DNA of 64,000 nt from an uncultured Planctomycetaceae bacterium (GTDB lineage: Bacteria > Planctomycetota > Planctomycetia > Planctomycetales > Planctomycetaceae), in NCBI GenBank assembly GCA_963815195.1, contig CAWFGE010000013.1:768001-832000 (forward strand). The letters are read 5' to 3'. The notes under the pieces are model-generated. The model saw only the letters and a program-made list of their open reading frames with translations, did not search any database and was not told the origin of the DNA. Below, piece by piece: positions 37,755-47,347 of this stretch (position 1 is its first letter; every line of letters begins with the position of its first letter). The position numbers and the translations under genes were made by a program.

Positions 37755-38378
37755 ATGTCCACTGAAGTCTGCATCCACATCGCCAACCTGTTGTATCTCG
37801 CCTCCTATCTCTGCCGGGATATTTTGTATCTTCGGGGATTGACGTGTGCGGGCCTCGGGTTTGGGATTGTGTTCTTTTGCTCGCGGACGCAAGCCATGTT
37901 CACGCCGGCTGCGTGGATGGGCGTGTTTCTTGTCGTCAACCTCGTGCAGATCGGCCGGATTCTCCGCGAACGCTGGGCGAGGCGGTTGTCGCCGGAGCAG
38001 GCCGAAGTCAAACGGCTCCTGCTCGAGCGGCTCTCGGCGCCGAACTGCTCAATGTGCTTACGAAGTCGATTTGCGACAGCGACCGGCGCGGTCCTGCTGG
38101 AATGTTCGGCGGAGATCGAACTGGGCGAGGAGGAGGAACTGCTCCGCGATCTGGCGCTTGAGCGGTTGTCGGACGAGGAATTGATGCACCTCATCATCCG
38201 CCGATTTTGGCCGTCGCTCGAGCGGCTCTCTCGCGCGTGGCTCCGAAGCGCTGTCCGGCCTCGTCGGGCCACGATGGCGGTCGAGTTCCCAACGATTTTT
38301 CTGCCCGTGGAAAAAAACCACCGGCAGGAAAGTCTGTGTCACGACGGCAGGAAACTCTATGCCACCATCGCGGAGTGA
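37755..38378 (+). CDS. Popeye-domain-like membrane protein lacking an evident cyclic-nucleotide-binding domain
   Basis: HIANLLYLASYLCRDILYLRGL...W..VFLVVNLVQI..ILRER...LSPE resembles the TM region of bacterial Popeye/cNMP proteins. A possible short out-of-frame segment lies at about 38037-38090. Confidence 0.6.
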   Translation: MSTEVCIHIANLLYLASYLCRDILYLRGLTCAGLGFGIVFFCSRTQAMFTPAAWMGVFLVVNLVQIGRILRERWARRLSPEQAEVKRLLLERLSAPNCSMCLRSRFATATGAVLLECSAEIELGEEEELLRDLALERLSDEELMHLIIRRFWPSLERLSRAWLRSAVRPRRATMAVEFPTIFLPVEKNHRQESLCHDGRKLYATIAE

Positions 38379-38406
38379 TCGGCTTGGGATCCTTCGAGAA
38401 ACAACT

Positions 38407-38521
38407 GAGCGGAATGGCGCTAGCCACCGGCTGGTGAAATGGCGCTAGCCACCGGCTGGAATGGCGCTTAGCCACCGGCTGGTGGAACGCGAAAAACCGG
38501 GGGCTAGCGCCCAGCCGCTCA
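38407..38521. repeat. Three tandem copies of AATGGCGCTAGCCACCGGCTGG plus one inverted related copy
   Basis: Copies at about 38413, 38438 and 38460; inverted CCGGGGGCTAGCGCCCAGCCGCTCA at about 38497-38521. Lies between convergent genes. Confidence 0.85.
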
Positions 38522-38541
38522 CAAAGTAGGTGGCTCCACCA

Positions 38542-41500
38542 TTACGAGACTTCTTCGTAGGCCGGTTCCTCGCCGTTAAGGATTCGCTGCCAGGCGGCTT
38601 GGAAGAGTTCGTCTACCGGTTGCAGCGGCAGAATGCGGCCGAGGGGCACGACCAGGCCACCTTCGCTGTTGCGGGTGATTTCATAGAGCGGCAGCTTCCA
38701 GGTTTCGAGGGGCAGGTGCGGGATTTTGAGGGCTTCCCAACCGCCGGGCAGAAAATAGTTCCGCCCCGCCCGCGCGCGTTTGGCCGAGAGCACGAGCGTT
38801 TTCTTTTCGAGTTCCTTGGCGGCTTTGTTGAACGCCGCCGTCGTCCAATCGTTCCAGGTCTTGATGTTGGCCGTCGTGCAATCGGGCAGCGTCAGAAACT
38901 GCAAATAAAGCGTGGCCGCTTCCCGGCTGAGCTTGTGTTTTTTCTCCACCTCTCGGGCGAGATCCGGGACGGACAGTTCGGGGTTGGTTTCATAACCGCC
39001 CTCGGGCACGGGCGTTTTCTTGATGCGGTCGCAGATCGCCTGGTAGCCTTCGGAGCGGATCCGCTTGACCGATTCCAACGATCGGCTTTCTTCGGATTCC
39101 TGCATGTTGTACGCCAACTCGTACATATGGGAAAGCCGTTCGACGTCTTTCTCCGATTTCAATTGGCCCGGGCGGAACGCGAGGTGGGTTTGATAGCCCT
39201 CGGCATAGCCCACGACCAGAGCCTCGTCCGCGGCCCAGCCGTCGCCCTGCTTTTGCGATTTTTTGCCCAGGGTTTTTTCGAGCAGGGTCTTGCCGGCGTC
39301 TTTGTCTTTTTCGTCGTAGGTGTGCCGCTGCGTTAAGGGAAGAAGCAGCTTCGCGCTTTTCAGGCAGTTCAAGGTCGCTTGATGGATCGCCGGGACGTCC
39401 TTGCGGGCCGGTTCGCCGACGGGGAGATGGTAGCTCAAAAACGGAATCGCAATCGCGGCCGCCGTGAGCGCGGAATCGTCAAACGTGTCGCCCGGCTTGT
39501 TGCTGGTCAATTCGGTCCAGTAACGATTCTCGTGCTTGCCATAGGACCACTCGGCATCCGCCGAGAACATCGGGTGCGTTTTGGGGGAGGCCAGAGCCAC
39601 GAGCATTTTGCCCTTGTCCACGCCATAGGGAAATGCATCGGCGAGTTGGTCGAGAACCTTGGGCGGGAGCGCGAGCCGGCGGGGGACGATTTTCTCCCAC
39701 GCCGCGCACAATCGATCGATAGCTTGGCCTCCGCCGTCGGTCCATAGCTCGGCGGGCGGTCCGCTCAACAGGGCTTCGAGCAGTTTCCCGCGGGCTTCGT
39801 CCGGAAGCGCCTTCAGCGATTGCCGGGCCGCCTCGGCTTCGGCCACCTTGAGCTTGAGCTGCTCCCGGAGTGGCTTGGGCAAAAAGTTCTTCTCCCACGT
39901 GCCGAAGTTCGGAAACCCGAACCACACCAGGCCGACTTCCGCGGGAGCGATCGCCAGCCGGTCGGCGATGGCGGCGAGTTGGTCCGGCTCCAGAAACGGC
40001 TTTTCGTGGCGCGGGCCCCCGCGAGGAACGCCTTCAGGGTTTCACCGCTCCAAGTGCTCTCGAATGTCTCTTCCGAACCGATTTCGTATTTGGGCAGCAG
40101 GTGGAACTTGCCGGCCGGGGCATATTCCAAAATCGACCAGTCGTCACCCCACCGCTGCGACAGAAAATACACGTTGCCCTGGTGGACATGGCCGATCCAG
40201 CCCTCGTCGCTCGTTTTCGACTTGGCTTTGACCGGCGGCGGACCGGAAAATTCGCCTTCCAATCGGCGGAACTTGCCCGGCAAGTCGAGCAATCCCAACT
40301 CGGCCCAATGTTCGAGGAAGTTGAGCCAGGCGTCATTGCCCGGCTCCGCTTTCCAATAGGCCGACCACACCCGGCTTTCCAGATGGTCCAACAATTCCCA
40401 CCAATCGAACGGCGACTCGGAGAGGGCGGGCGATTTTTTCTCGCCCGCAATAAAAGCCCGCACTTCGCCCAGGTGCGGGAACAAGGGCCCGCTGCCGCGC
40501 CAGCCCGTGTGGATGCCGAACACCGCCATCGCCGGATCGACGAAGGCTTCGAGGGCCGGGTCGAAGCTGAAGGACTCCGCCCCTTGGGGATCGCAGTTTT
40601 CGATCAGTTCCGAAAGCCGTTCCGCTTGCTCGCCGGCTTTGTGAACGACGCCCAACAGCCCCTTGAAGAGCCGGGGGTCCAGAAGTCCGCTGAGCCATTT
40701 CTTGAGTGCCGCTTCGGTGCCGGCAAGATCGGACAGCGGGTCTTCGATCTCGTCGGACTGTTCCAGATCTTTTTGCACCGCCTCGAACAATTTTTTCGCC
40801 TGGGCGTCGTTGATCGAGCGGAGCATTTTGGAGGTTTTCTCGTCGCGGACGCGGAACGCGTGCCAGAACAAGGGCGGAAAGCTCGCCGCCTGTCCGCGGT
40901 TGTAGGCTCCCATGTCTTCGCCCCACTCGGCGATGGCATAAGTTCCCGTGGGATCCCAAAGCTCGCAGTTGCTGTAGCCCCAACTCCAGCCGTAGCTGCC
41001 CGTGATCGGGAGCCGCCCGGAACCGCCCGGCTGATCCGCGAGGGCCGTTGCCGTGAAATCTTTCAATCCCCCCGACCACTTTCGGCCGTCGATGCCTTCG
41101 CATTCGATTTTGCCGGCTTTGGTCTTCCGCACTCGCCAGCCGACTTTGCCGTCTTGACTGCCCAGCGGCGAATCCTTGACCGCGTCGCCCAGGTGCAACA
41201 GCTCCGAGGCTCCTGCGAAAAGCTCCTCCCCGGATTTCAGATAATCCTCCAAGAACGAAGGCAACGACCAGCGGCCTTCCTTGCCGGTGCTCGGATCGAC
41301 TTCGCGGAAGCCGTGGCCTTCTTCGCGCCAACTCTGCGTCCAAAAGTGCGCGCCGTCGAACAGAAATTTGTTGGGCGTGTCGGGCGGTTCGGCATCCCCC
41401 GCGTGCACAACCCGGCGGCCGTTGTAGGTGCCGCCCTCTTTCAAATCGACCACGGCCCCGCCCATGCGGTCGCGGACGTAATGGTAGCATTCGGTCGCCT

Positions 41501-43398
41501 TCTTAGGATTGCCGGACCAGTAGACCTTCGACTTATACCGCTGCGTCCCGCCGAACACGCAAAGCTGCCCGTCGTAAAACAGCAAGTCTTCGAGCTTCGA
41601 CTTCTTGGGAAGCTGCAGTTCGTGCTCCAGCACGATTTTTTCATGATCGACAACGACGACTTTGAGGCCGTCGGTGAGCATCACATAGGGGAACCGGCCG
41701 TAGATCGTCACCTCCTGCTTGCCGTTGTTGCCCAGACGGTCGGCGATGTCTTCGACGAGCGGCCAACCGTATTCATCGATCACGCCGCCGGCCAAGGTCC
41801 GCCCCAACACGGGGGCCAGGTCGATCGTTTTCAGCTTCGCGTACGCTTCGGGAAACTCGCGGTAGGTTTCCCGGCTGGTTTCGCTGTGGAGATGGTTAAG
41901 GGCCGTCTCGTGCTCGGCAAACCGCCTTCCGCGAGTTGGTTGATCAGCCCCATCAGCCAGTTCTTCCGCGCGGCCGCGAGAGCCGTTTTGCCTTTGGCCG
42001 CCGCTTCGAAGTCCGCCTTGCCCGCGGCCGAGGGCACCGCCTCTTCCAGCATCTTGCCGAAGCGATCGTGCTTCTGCACAAACACCGGATCGCGGGGGCG
42101 ATCCTTGGCATCGCCTGCCGGATCGGCCCAATCGGTGAGACTCATCTCCGTGTCTTCGGGCAACTCGGCAATCGGCAATTTGAGTTCGAGCGCCAGGTCC
42201 AACAAGTCCACGTTGACGGCATGGTTCCCCCAATTCTTCACCGCGAGATCGACCGGCTTCTTCTCTTTTTTGATCCGCGGGGCGATCTCGGCCAGCACAT
42301 CGAACAGACGTTGCGGCGGTTTGTCCGACAGCCCGGCCCACCGCGAAAACCACGCCGCGGCTCCGCCCTGGGGACCGGCTTCCTCCGACACGCCCTCCTT
42401 CCACGCATTGGGGAGGATGCCGGTCTGTTCCAAAAACTCCAGCCAGCCCCAGGCACTCTCCCGGTTCCATTGATTGGTTTCGGGCATGAGATTCAAGAGC
42501 TGCCCGGCCGCGCGGCCGTTCTCGCGGGCCAGTTCTTCGGCGTATTTGGAACTGGCTTTCCAGAAGCCCATCCCGGCCCGGCTCATCGCGGGGGATTCCA
42601 AAATCTCCGCGAGGACCGACTTCATCTCTTGATCGACATCCCGCTTCGCCCCGGCGATCAACGGCTTGAGGTCGCTCACCAGCGAGGTCCAAGGCGGCAT
42701 CCCGCCCAAGGTCCGCCGAACGCACAATTCGCGAAAGGCTTTCCAGGCCTCGTCGCCGGACAGTGACGCTTGCAGCTCTTTTCCGTATTCCGTGAGGGCT
42801 TTGTTCGACAAGCACCCCGCGAGCGCAAATTCCAGGAACGCATCCTGGCGGAGTTTTTCATCGACTTTGAGGGCGTGGACTTTCTCGGCTTCGCGGGCTT
42901 TGCCGAACTGCGCGGGACGCGTAGGTGCTGTTGCCAACCTGGATAAACTCGCGGCCGACCTGCTCCCAGAACGAAGGCAGGAAATGGGCGACGCTTTTGC
43001 CGAGCCGCTTGGCGATCTCCACGAAGGCGTCGTATCCGTGGCCGGGTTTCGATTTGGCTTTGCGGGCGGCTTTCTTGAATTCCTTGACCAGTTCCAGCGC
43101 ATAGCGGGCATGGTCGGGGTCGTGGATCAAAGCCCAGCCGGGAAAGCCCAGCGCCTGCCGCCGGCGGTAAGCCAACGGGCCGTTGACTTCGGGAGCCTCG
43201 AAGCCGAGGAACTCCATTTCCAGGTCGTCGCCTTGGGCGAGGTTATCCGCCGAGAGCCGCACTACCGGGCGGTCTCCGAGTGCCGGGTGATGATACGCGC
43301 GGTGCGCTGATCTCATCCACGTGCTGGGGATCTTTGATCTTCGCTTTGACCGGAACCAGAGCCCCCGCGTCCAACAGCGTATTCGTCGCAACCGCCAT
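38542..43398 (-). CDS. Very large (~1,620 aa) protein resembling the actinobacterial uncharacterised 'DNA-binding protein'/DUF4132-associated family; four frameshifts
   Basis: MAVATNTLLDAGALVP...RAYHHPALGDRPVVRL...ALGFPGWALIHDPDHARYAL...PHFLPSF-like, FLEFALAG, RRTLGGMPP, GGVIDEYGWP, and C-terminal LYLQFLTLPDCT...AKRARAGRNYFLPGGW...PHLPLETWK. Reconstructed from ORFs ending 42858, 41831, 39813 and 38542, with frame changes near 43303, 42911, 41912 and 40015. Confidence 0.72.
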
Positions 43399-43534
43399 CC
43401 GCCCGGCTCCTTACACACGTAGGGGAATTCTACGGACGCTTTTTGTTCCAAGTCTGAAGTCTGTCGTCGAAAACTCACTTGAGCGTTCGTGAGTGATCAG
43501 CCAGCGTGCGCTGGCCGATCACCTTGGGTTTTAA

Positions 43535-44868
43535 TCAAACCTTCGGTTGCCATTTGGGATCGTATTCCCGGGCCCAAAGCTGCATGGCGTCTTTGTCGTT
43601 TTGGATGCGGCCGGTTTCGGGGTCGCAGGTCAAGGTCCGGCCGGTGCGGTGGGCGATGTTGCCCAGGTGGCAAAGCAGCGTGCTCTTGTGGCCGGTTTCG
43701 ATCTCGGCGTTTAACGAGAGCGGTTTTTCGGTGCGGATCGCCTGGAGGAAATTCGCGATGTGCTCGACGTCGCCGCGGTTCTTGTTGTCCTTTTTGACCT
43801 CTTTGTTGCGGTTGTCGTAGAGGACATAGCCGCCGTCGGAGATTTCCATGCTGCCGGTCTCGCCGTGGAAGGTCACGCCGAAGCCGGATTGGTTGATGCC
43901 GTTGCGGTTGCAGCTCAGGCCTTCCCACATGATCTGTTTTTTGCCGGGGAACTCGAAGCTGACGACGTGGGTGTCGGCGGTTTCCTGGTCGTCATCGAAC
44001 GCATACCGCCCGCCCGAGGACACGACGCGGATGGGATAATCGACGCCCAGACCCCAGCGGCAGAGATCGAGGGCGTGGATGCCGTTGTTCCCCAGTTCAC
44101 CGTTGCCCCAATGCCAGCGCCAATGCCAGTTGTAATGCACGAGGTTATCGACATAAGGCCGGCGGGCGCGGGGCCTTGCCAGAGATCGTAATCGAGATTG
44201 GAAGGCACCGGAGTGGCCTTGCCGTGCCCGATGGACCCCCGCGAGTTCGCATACCATCCGCGGGAGTAATACACCCGGCCGATCGCGCCTTCTTTCAAGA
44301 GGTTCATACCTTCGATGATCTTCTCGGCACTGCGGCGCTGGCTGCCCATTTGCACGGCCCGGTTGTGCTTGCGGGCGGCGGCGACCATCATCTCGCCTTC
44401 GTGCGGATTATGGCAGCAGGGCTTTTCGACATAGACGTGCTTGTTGTGGGTGCAGCCCAAAATCGTCGCCGGGGCGTGCCAATGGTTCGGGGCGGCACAC
44501 ACCAGCACATCGACTTCCTCATCGTCAAGAATTTTCCGGAAGTCCTGGATCGGCTTGGGCGATTGGCCTTCGATCTTGGAAATGTCCGCCACGCAGGCGT
44601 CGGCGCGGTTGGTATCGACATCGCAAAGATACTTGATCGAGACGTTCGCCAACTTGCCGAAGGTGTTCGCCAAAGATCGGCCGCGGCTGAGGCCCATCAC
44701 GCCCACCACGATTCGGCGGTCTTCGCTGGAGTCTTGTTTTGTTTCCGCGGCGCGGATCAAACCGCCCTCTAGCGCCAAGCCCGCCGCCGCGCTGCCCGCG
44801 GCGACCTGGCCGAGGAAGGTTCTGCGGGAGGAGGCATCCGTTTGGGGATGATGTTCTGAAGCGGTCAT
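43535..44868 (-). CDS. Gfo/Idh/MocA family oxidoreductase with Tat signal; one frameshift near 44170
   Basis: SRRTFL, LCDVD, APNHWH, HVYVEKP, VQMGSQRRS, DYDLWQGPAP, then GELGNNGIHALD, LCHLGNIA. Confidence 0.92.
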
Positions 44869-44970
44869 GGCAGGGTCCTCAGGGGCGGGGTCGAGCATTT
44901 GAAAGAATCACGTCCACTCGTGTTACATGGTACGCAATTCCGCCCCCGCCGCAAACGGTTTCGGGAATTC

Positions 44971-45093
44971 TGGGTTGCCCCGCGCATGGCTCAATCGGCG
45001 ATGCGGCATTCGAGCATTGACCTGACCAGGAACGTTGACACGGATCCGCGGCGGCTGGACGTGGCGACCGCCCTGGATGCTCGGCCCCTGGAT
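44971..45093 (+). pseudogene. C-terminal remnant of a tyrosine recombinase/phage integrase
   Basis: VAPRMAQSAMRHSSIDLTRNVDTDPRRLDVATALD matches the box II pattern (AQ..MRHS.I.LT.NVYT), with the catalytic Tyr read as Asp. It lies about 140 bp from the tRNA-Ala 3' end. Confidence 0.75.
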
Positions 45094-45187
45094 TCCGTCC
45101 CGCCCTCGGGAAATCAGCCAGCGAAGCACAGCGGAGCGGAACGGGGGCTTTCGGTCGGCAATCGCCGTAAGTTCTGATTCTACAAAA

Positions 45188-45224
45188 TAAAAAAGAACCG
45201 CTGACATCTCTTGTCAGCGGTTCT
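45188..45224 (-). terminator. Rho-independent terminator downstream of tRNA-Ala
   Basis: 13-bp stem AGAACCGCTGACA/TGTCAGCGGTTCT with a 5-nt loop, followed by a U-run on the minus strand. Confidence 0.85.
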
Positions 45225-45230
45225 CACGAG

Positions 45231-45303
45231 TGGAGCCGAAGGGATTCGAACCCTCGACCTCAGCATTGCGAACGCTGCGCTCTCCCAACTGAGCTACGGC
45301 CCC
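45231..45303 (-). tRNA. tRNA-Ala (anticodon CGC)
   Basis: GGGGCCGTAGCTCAGTTGGGAGAGCGCAGCGTTCGCAATGCTGAGGTCGAGGGTTCGAATCCCTTCGGCTCCA. It forms a cloverleaf with a G3:U70 pair, TTCGAA T-loop and CGC anticodon; the CCA tail is not encoded. Confidence 0.97.
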
Positions 45304-45313
45304 GGGGGTTGTG

Positions 45314-45341
45314 ATTGTACGGCAAACGATTCCCGTTGCAA
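45314..45341 (-). promoter_or_regulatory. Sigma70-like promoter for tRNA-Ala
   Basis: TTGCAA-16 nt-TACAAT ending 10 nt upstream of the tRNA 5' end. Confidence 0.6.
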
Positions 45342-45453
45342 AGTCCAGCCCACGCATCTTTTTTGCGCAAAACCCCGGCTCGGCGGCATCATAAATGGGA
45401 AGGGCAACTCCGCTGCGGAAACGGGGAAAGCGGCCCGGCTTCTAATTTCCTCC

Positions 45454-45481
45454 TTGACACCCCTTGTTCGCTCTTTACACT
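45454..45481 (+). promoter_or_regulatory. Sigma70-like promoter for the 45650 gene
   Basis: TTGACA-16 nt-TACACT. Confidence 0.5.
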
Positions 45482-45649
45482 TGATGGATAAGAGTTTGTA
45501 ATCAATTCGGCGGGGATTTTCTCGATTCTCGAACCTCATCCTCCGCCCGATTGACATCTCGGCCCATTCCCCACAACCACAACTCGAACCCACTCGCGGG
45601 CGGATTCTCGGATTGAACTCTTCGGAAAGCGAAAGCTTGGAGCAGAAAC

Positions 45650-47194
45650 ATGGCGGCGAACAAACCCACTGCGGTGCACTTCTCGTTGATCTTTTTCGTG
45701 ATGGCCACCATCGTCGCAGGGGTCATGGCTTACATGTTTTACAACGACGGCCGCGAATTGCGGTCGAAGGTCGCCGCGGCGGAAGACCTGGCCAATAAAC
45801 AGAAAGACGATGCCCGCCGCTACTCGGCCCAGGTCAACGCCCTCAAGGCGAAGATCGGGCACCAGTTCGAGAAAATCGGCGAAGATGCGCCGGAGCCGAA
45901 CACCGTGATCTACGCCATGAACCAGGACCTCGTCAAATTCGGCGGAAAGCTGCTCCCGCCCGACCAGTCCAGCTACACGGCGGCTCTGGCGCGGTTGCGG
46001 CAGGAACTCGACAGCGTGGAGGCTAAGCTCAGTACCGCCCAGCAGGAAGTCACCGACCGCGACGGCCAGATTCAAACGCTGAAAACAAGCTACGACTCTC
46101 AGGTCGTGCAGCACCGCGACGAACGCACCAAAGTGGAAAACGCCCGCCAGGCCGAAGAGCAGGAACATCAGAAAGCGTTGCAGTCGATCAATCAACAGTT
46201 GCAGCAAAAGATCAACGAATACAACCAGTTGCAACTCGTCAAGAACCAGGCGGATCAGGCTCACCAGCAACAACTGGCCGATAAGCAGGACGAGATCGAC
46301 CGGCTCGTCAAAATCAACAACCGCCTGCGGGAAGACATCGACGCCGCCAATCGCACCAGTTTCGAGCGGGCCGACGGCCTCGTGCGCTGGGTGGACAACT
46401 CCAGCCACCTTGTGTGGATCAACCTGGGGTCGGCCGACAACCTCACCGTGCGGACGAACTTCAGCGTGTATCAAAAGAACAACCGGGGCGTGGGCCGCGA
46501 CAGCGACCCCAAAACCCTCAAGGGCCCCGAAGACATGAAGGGGGCGATCGAAGTCACCCGGATTTTGGAACCGCACCTCGCGGAAGCCCGGATTCTCGAT
46601 GAAAACTACTACAACCCCATCGGCGTGGGCGACCCCATTTACACCCCGATCTGGAGCCCCAATCAAAAGGAATGGTTCGCATTCGTGGGCCGGATCGATC
46701 TCGACGACGATGGCCGCTCCGACCGGGAGCTTTTGCACGATGTGCTGGCCGCAGCCGGGGCCAAGGTTCAGGTCGAAGTCGATGACAAAGGCACCCGCAA
46801 CGGCGGCGCGATCGACGAGCGGACCAAGTTCCTCGTCATCGGCGAAATCCCGAGTCTGGACGATTTGACCGACAAAGAGGAAAAAGACGCCGCTGTGGAG
46901 ATCGGCAAACGGCATCAAGAATTGAAGAAAGAAGCCCGCGACCAGGGCGTGCGGGTCGTGACCTTGAACGATTTTCTGGCCTTCATCGGCTACACGCCCC
47001 GCCAGCGGGTGTTCCGTCCCGGCGACCTCCGCCCCTATACCTTGCGAAACGGTTCCCGCAGCGCGGCGACCAGCGAAACCGTCGGCAAACGCGAATCCGC
47101 GGGACAGACCTCCGGGGTTTACACTCGCAGCAAACGCCTCGGCCAACCGGTCGGGACCGGTCAAACATCGGGCGGTTACCGCTCCGGCCGCTGA
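45650..47194 (+). CDS. Membrane-anchored coiled-coil protein with C-terminal beta domain and BRCT-like domain
   Basis: N-terminal TM, about 200-aa Q/E/K-rich coiled coil, DGLVRWVD...VWINLGSADNL, then AAAGAKV...IDERTKFLVIG...ARDQGVRVVTLNDFLAFIG. Confidence 0.8.
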   Translation: MAANKPTAVHFSLIFFVMATIVAGVMAYMFYNDGRELRSKVAAAEDLANKQKDDARRYSAQVNALKAKIGHQFEKIGEDAPEPNTVIYAMNQDLVKFGGKLLPPDQSSYTAALARLRQELDSVEAKLSTAQQEVTDRDGQIQTLKTSYDSQVVQHRDERTKVENARQAEEQEHQKALQSINQQLQQKINEYNQLQLVKNQADQAHQQQLADKQDEIDRLVKINNRLREDIDAANRTSFERADGLVRWVDNSSHLVWINLGSADNLTVRTNFSVYQKNNRGVGRDSDPKTLKGPEDMKGAIEVTRILEPHLAEARILDENYYNPIGVGDPIYTPIWSPNQKEWFAFVGRIDLDDDGRSDRELLHDVLAAAGAKVQVEVDDKGTRNGGAIDERTKFLVIGEIPSLDDLTDKEEKDAAVEIGKRHQELKKEARDQGVRVVTLNDFLAFIGYTPRQRVFRPGDLRPYTLRNGSRSAATSETVGKRESAGQTSGVYTRSKRLGQPVGTGQTSGGYRSGR

Positions 47195-47207
47195 TTTCCG
47201 ACCGCCT

Positions 47208-47329
47208 CAACAAAAGTCGAGAGCCGCAACAAAAGTCGAGAGCCGCGCACGCAGTAAGCGGATTTGAAGGACCAACTCAATGAGCCGCGCACGCAGTAAG
47301 CGGAGGACCGCTTACTGCGTGCGCGGCTC
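47208..47329. repeat. REP-like cluster GAGCCGCGCACGCAGTAAGCGG (two direct, one inverted) plus a 19-bp tandem duplication
   Basis: Direct copies at 47240 and 47282, inverted copy at 47308-47329; CAACAAAAGTCGAGAGCCG at 47208 and 47227. Lies between convergent genes. Confidence 0.88.
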
Positions 47330-47347
47330 TGTTTCACGAGTTCCCTC

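Noticed and set aside
39870..42473. 867-aa plus-strand ORF
   Set aside because: Antisense shadow of the large minus-strand gene.
38542..45303. Intact prophage or genomic island at tRNA-Ala
   Set aside because: Only an integrase fragment remains; no phage or conjugation genes and no second att site were seen.
45536..47164. 542-aa minus-strand ORF
   Set aside because: Antisense shadow of the 45650..47194 gene, which has an RBS, promoter and coherent architecture.
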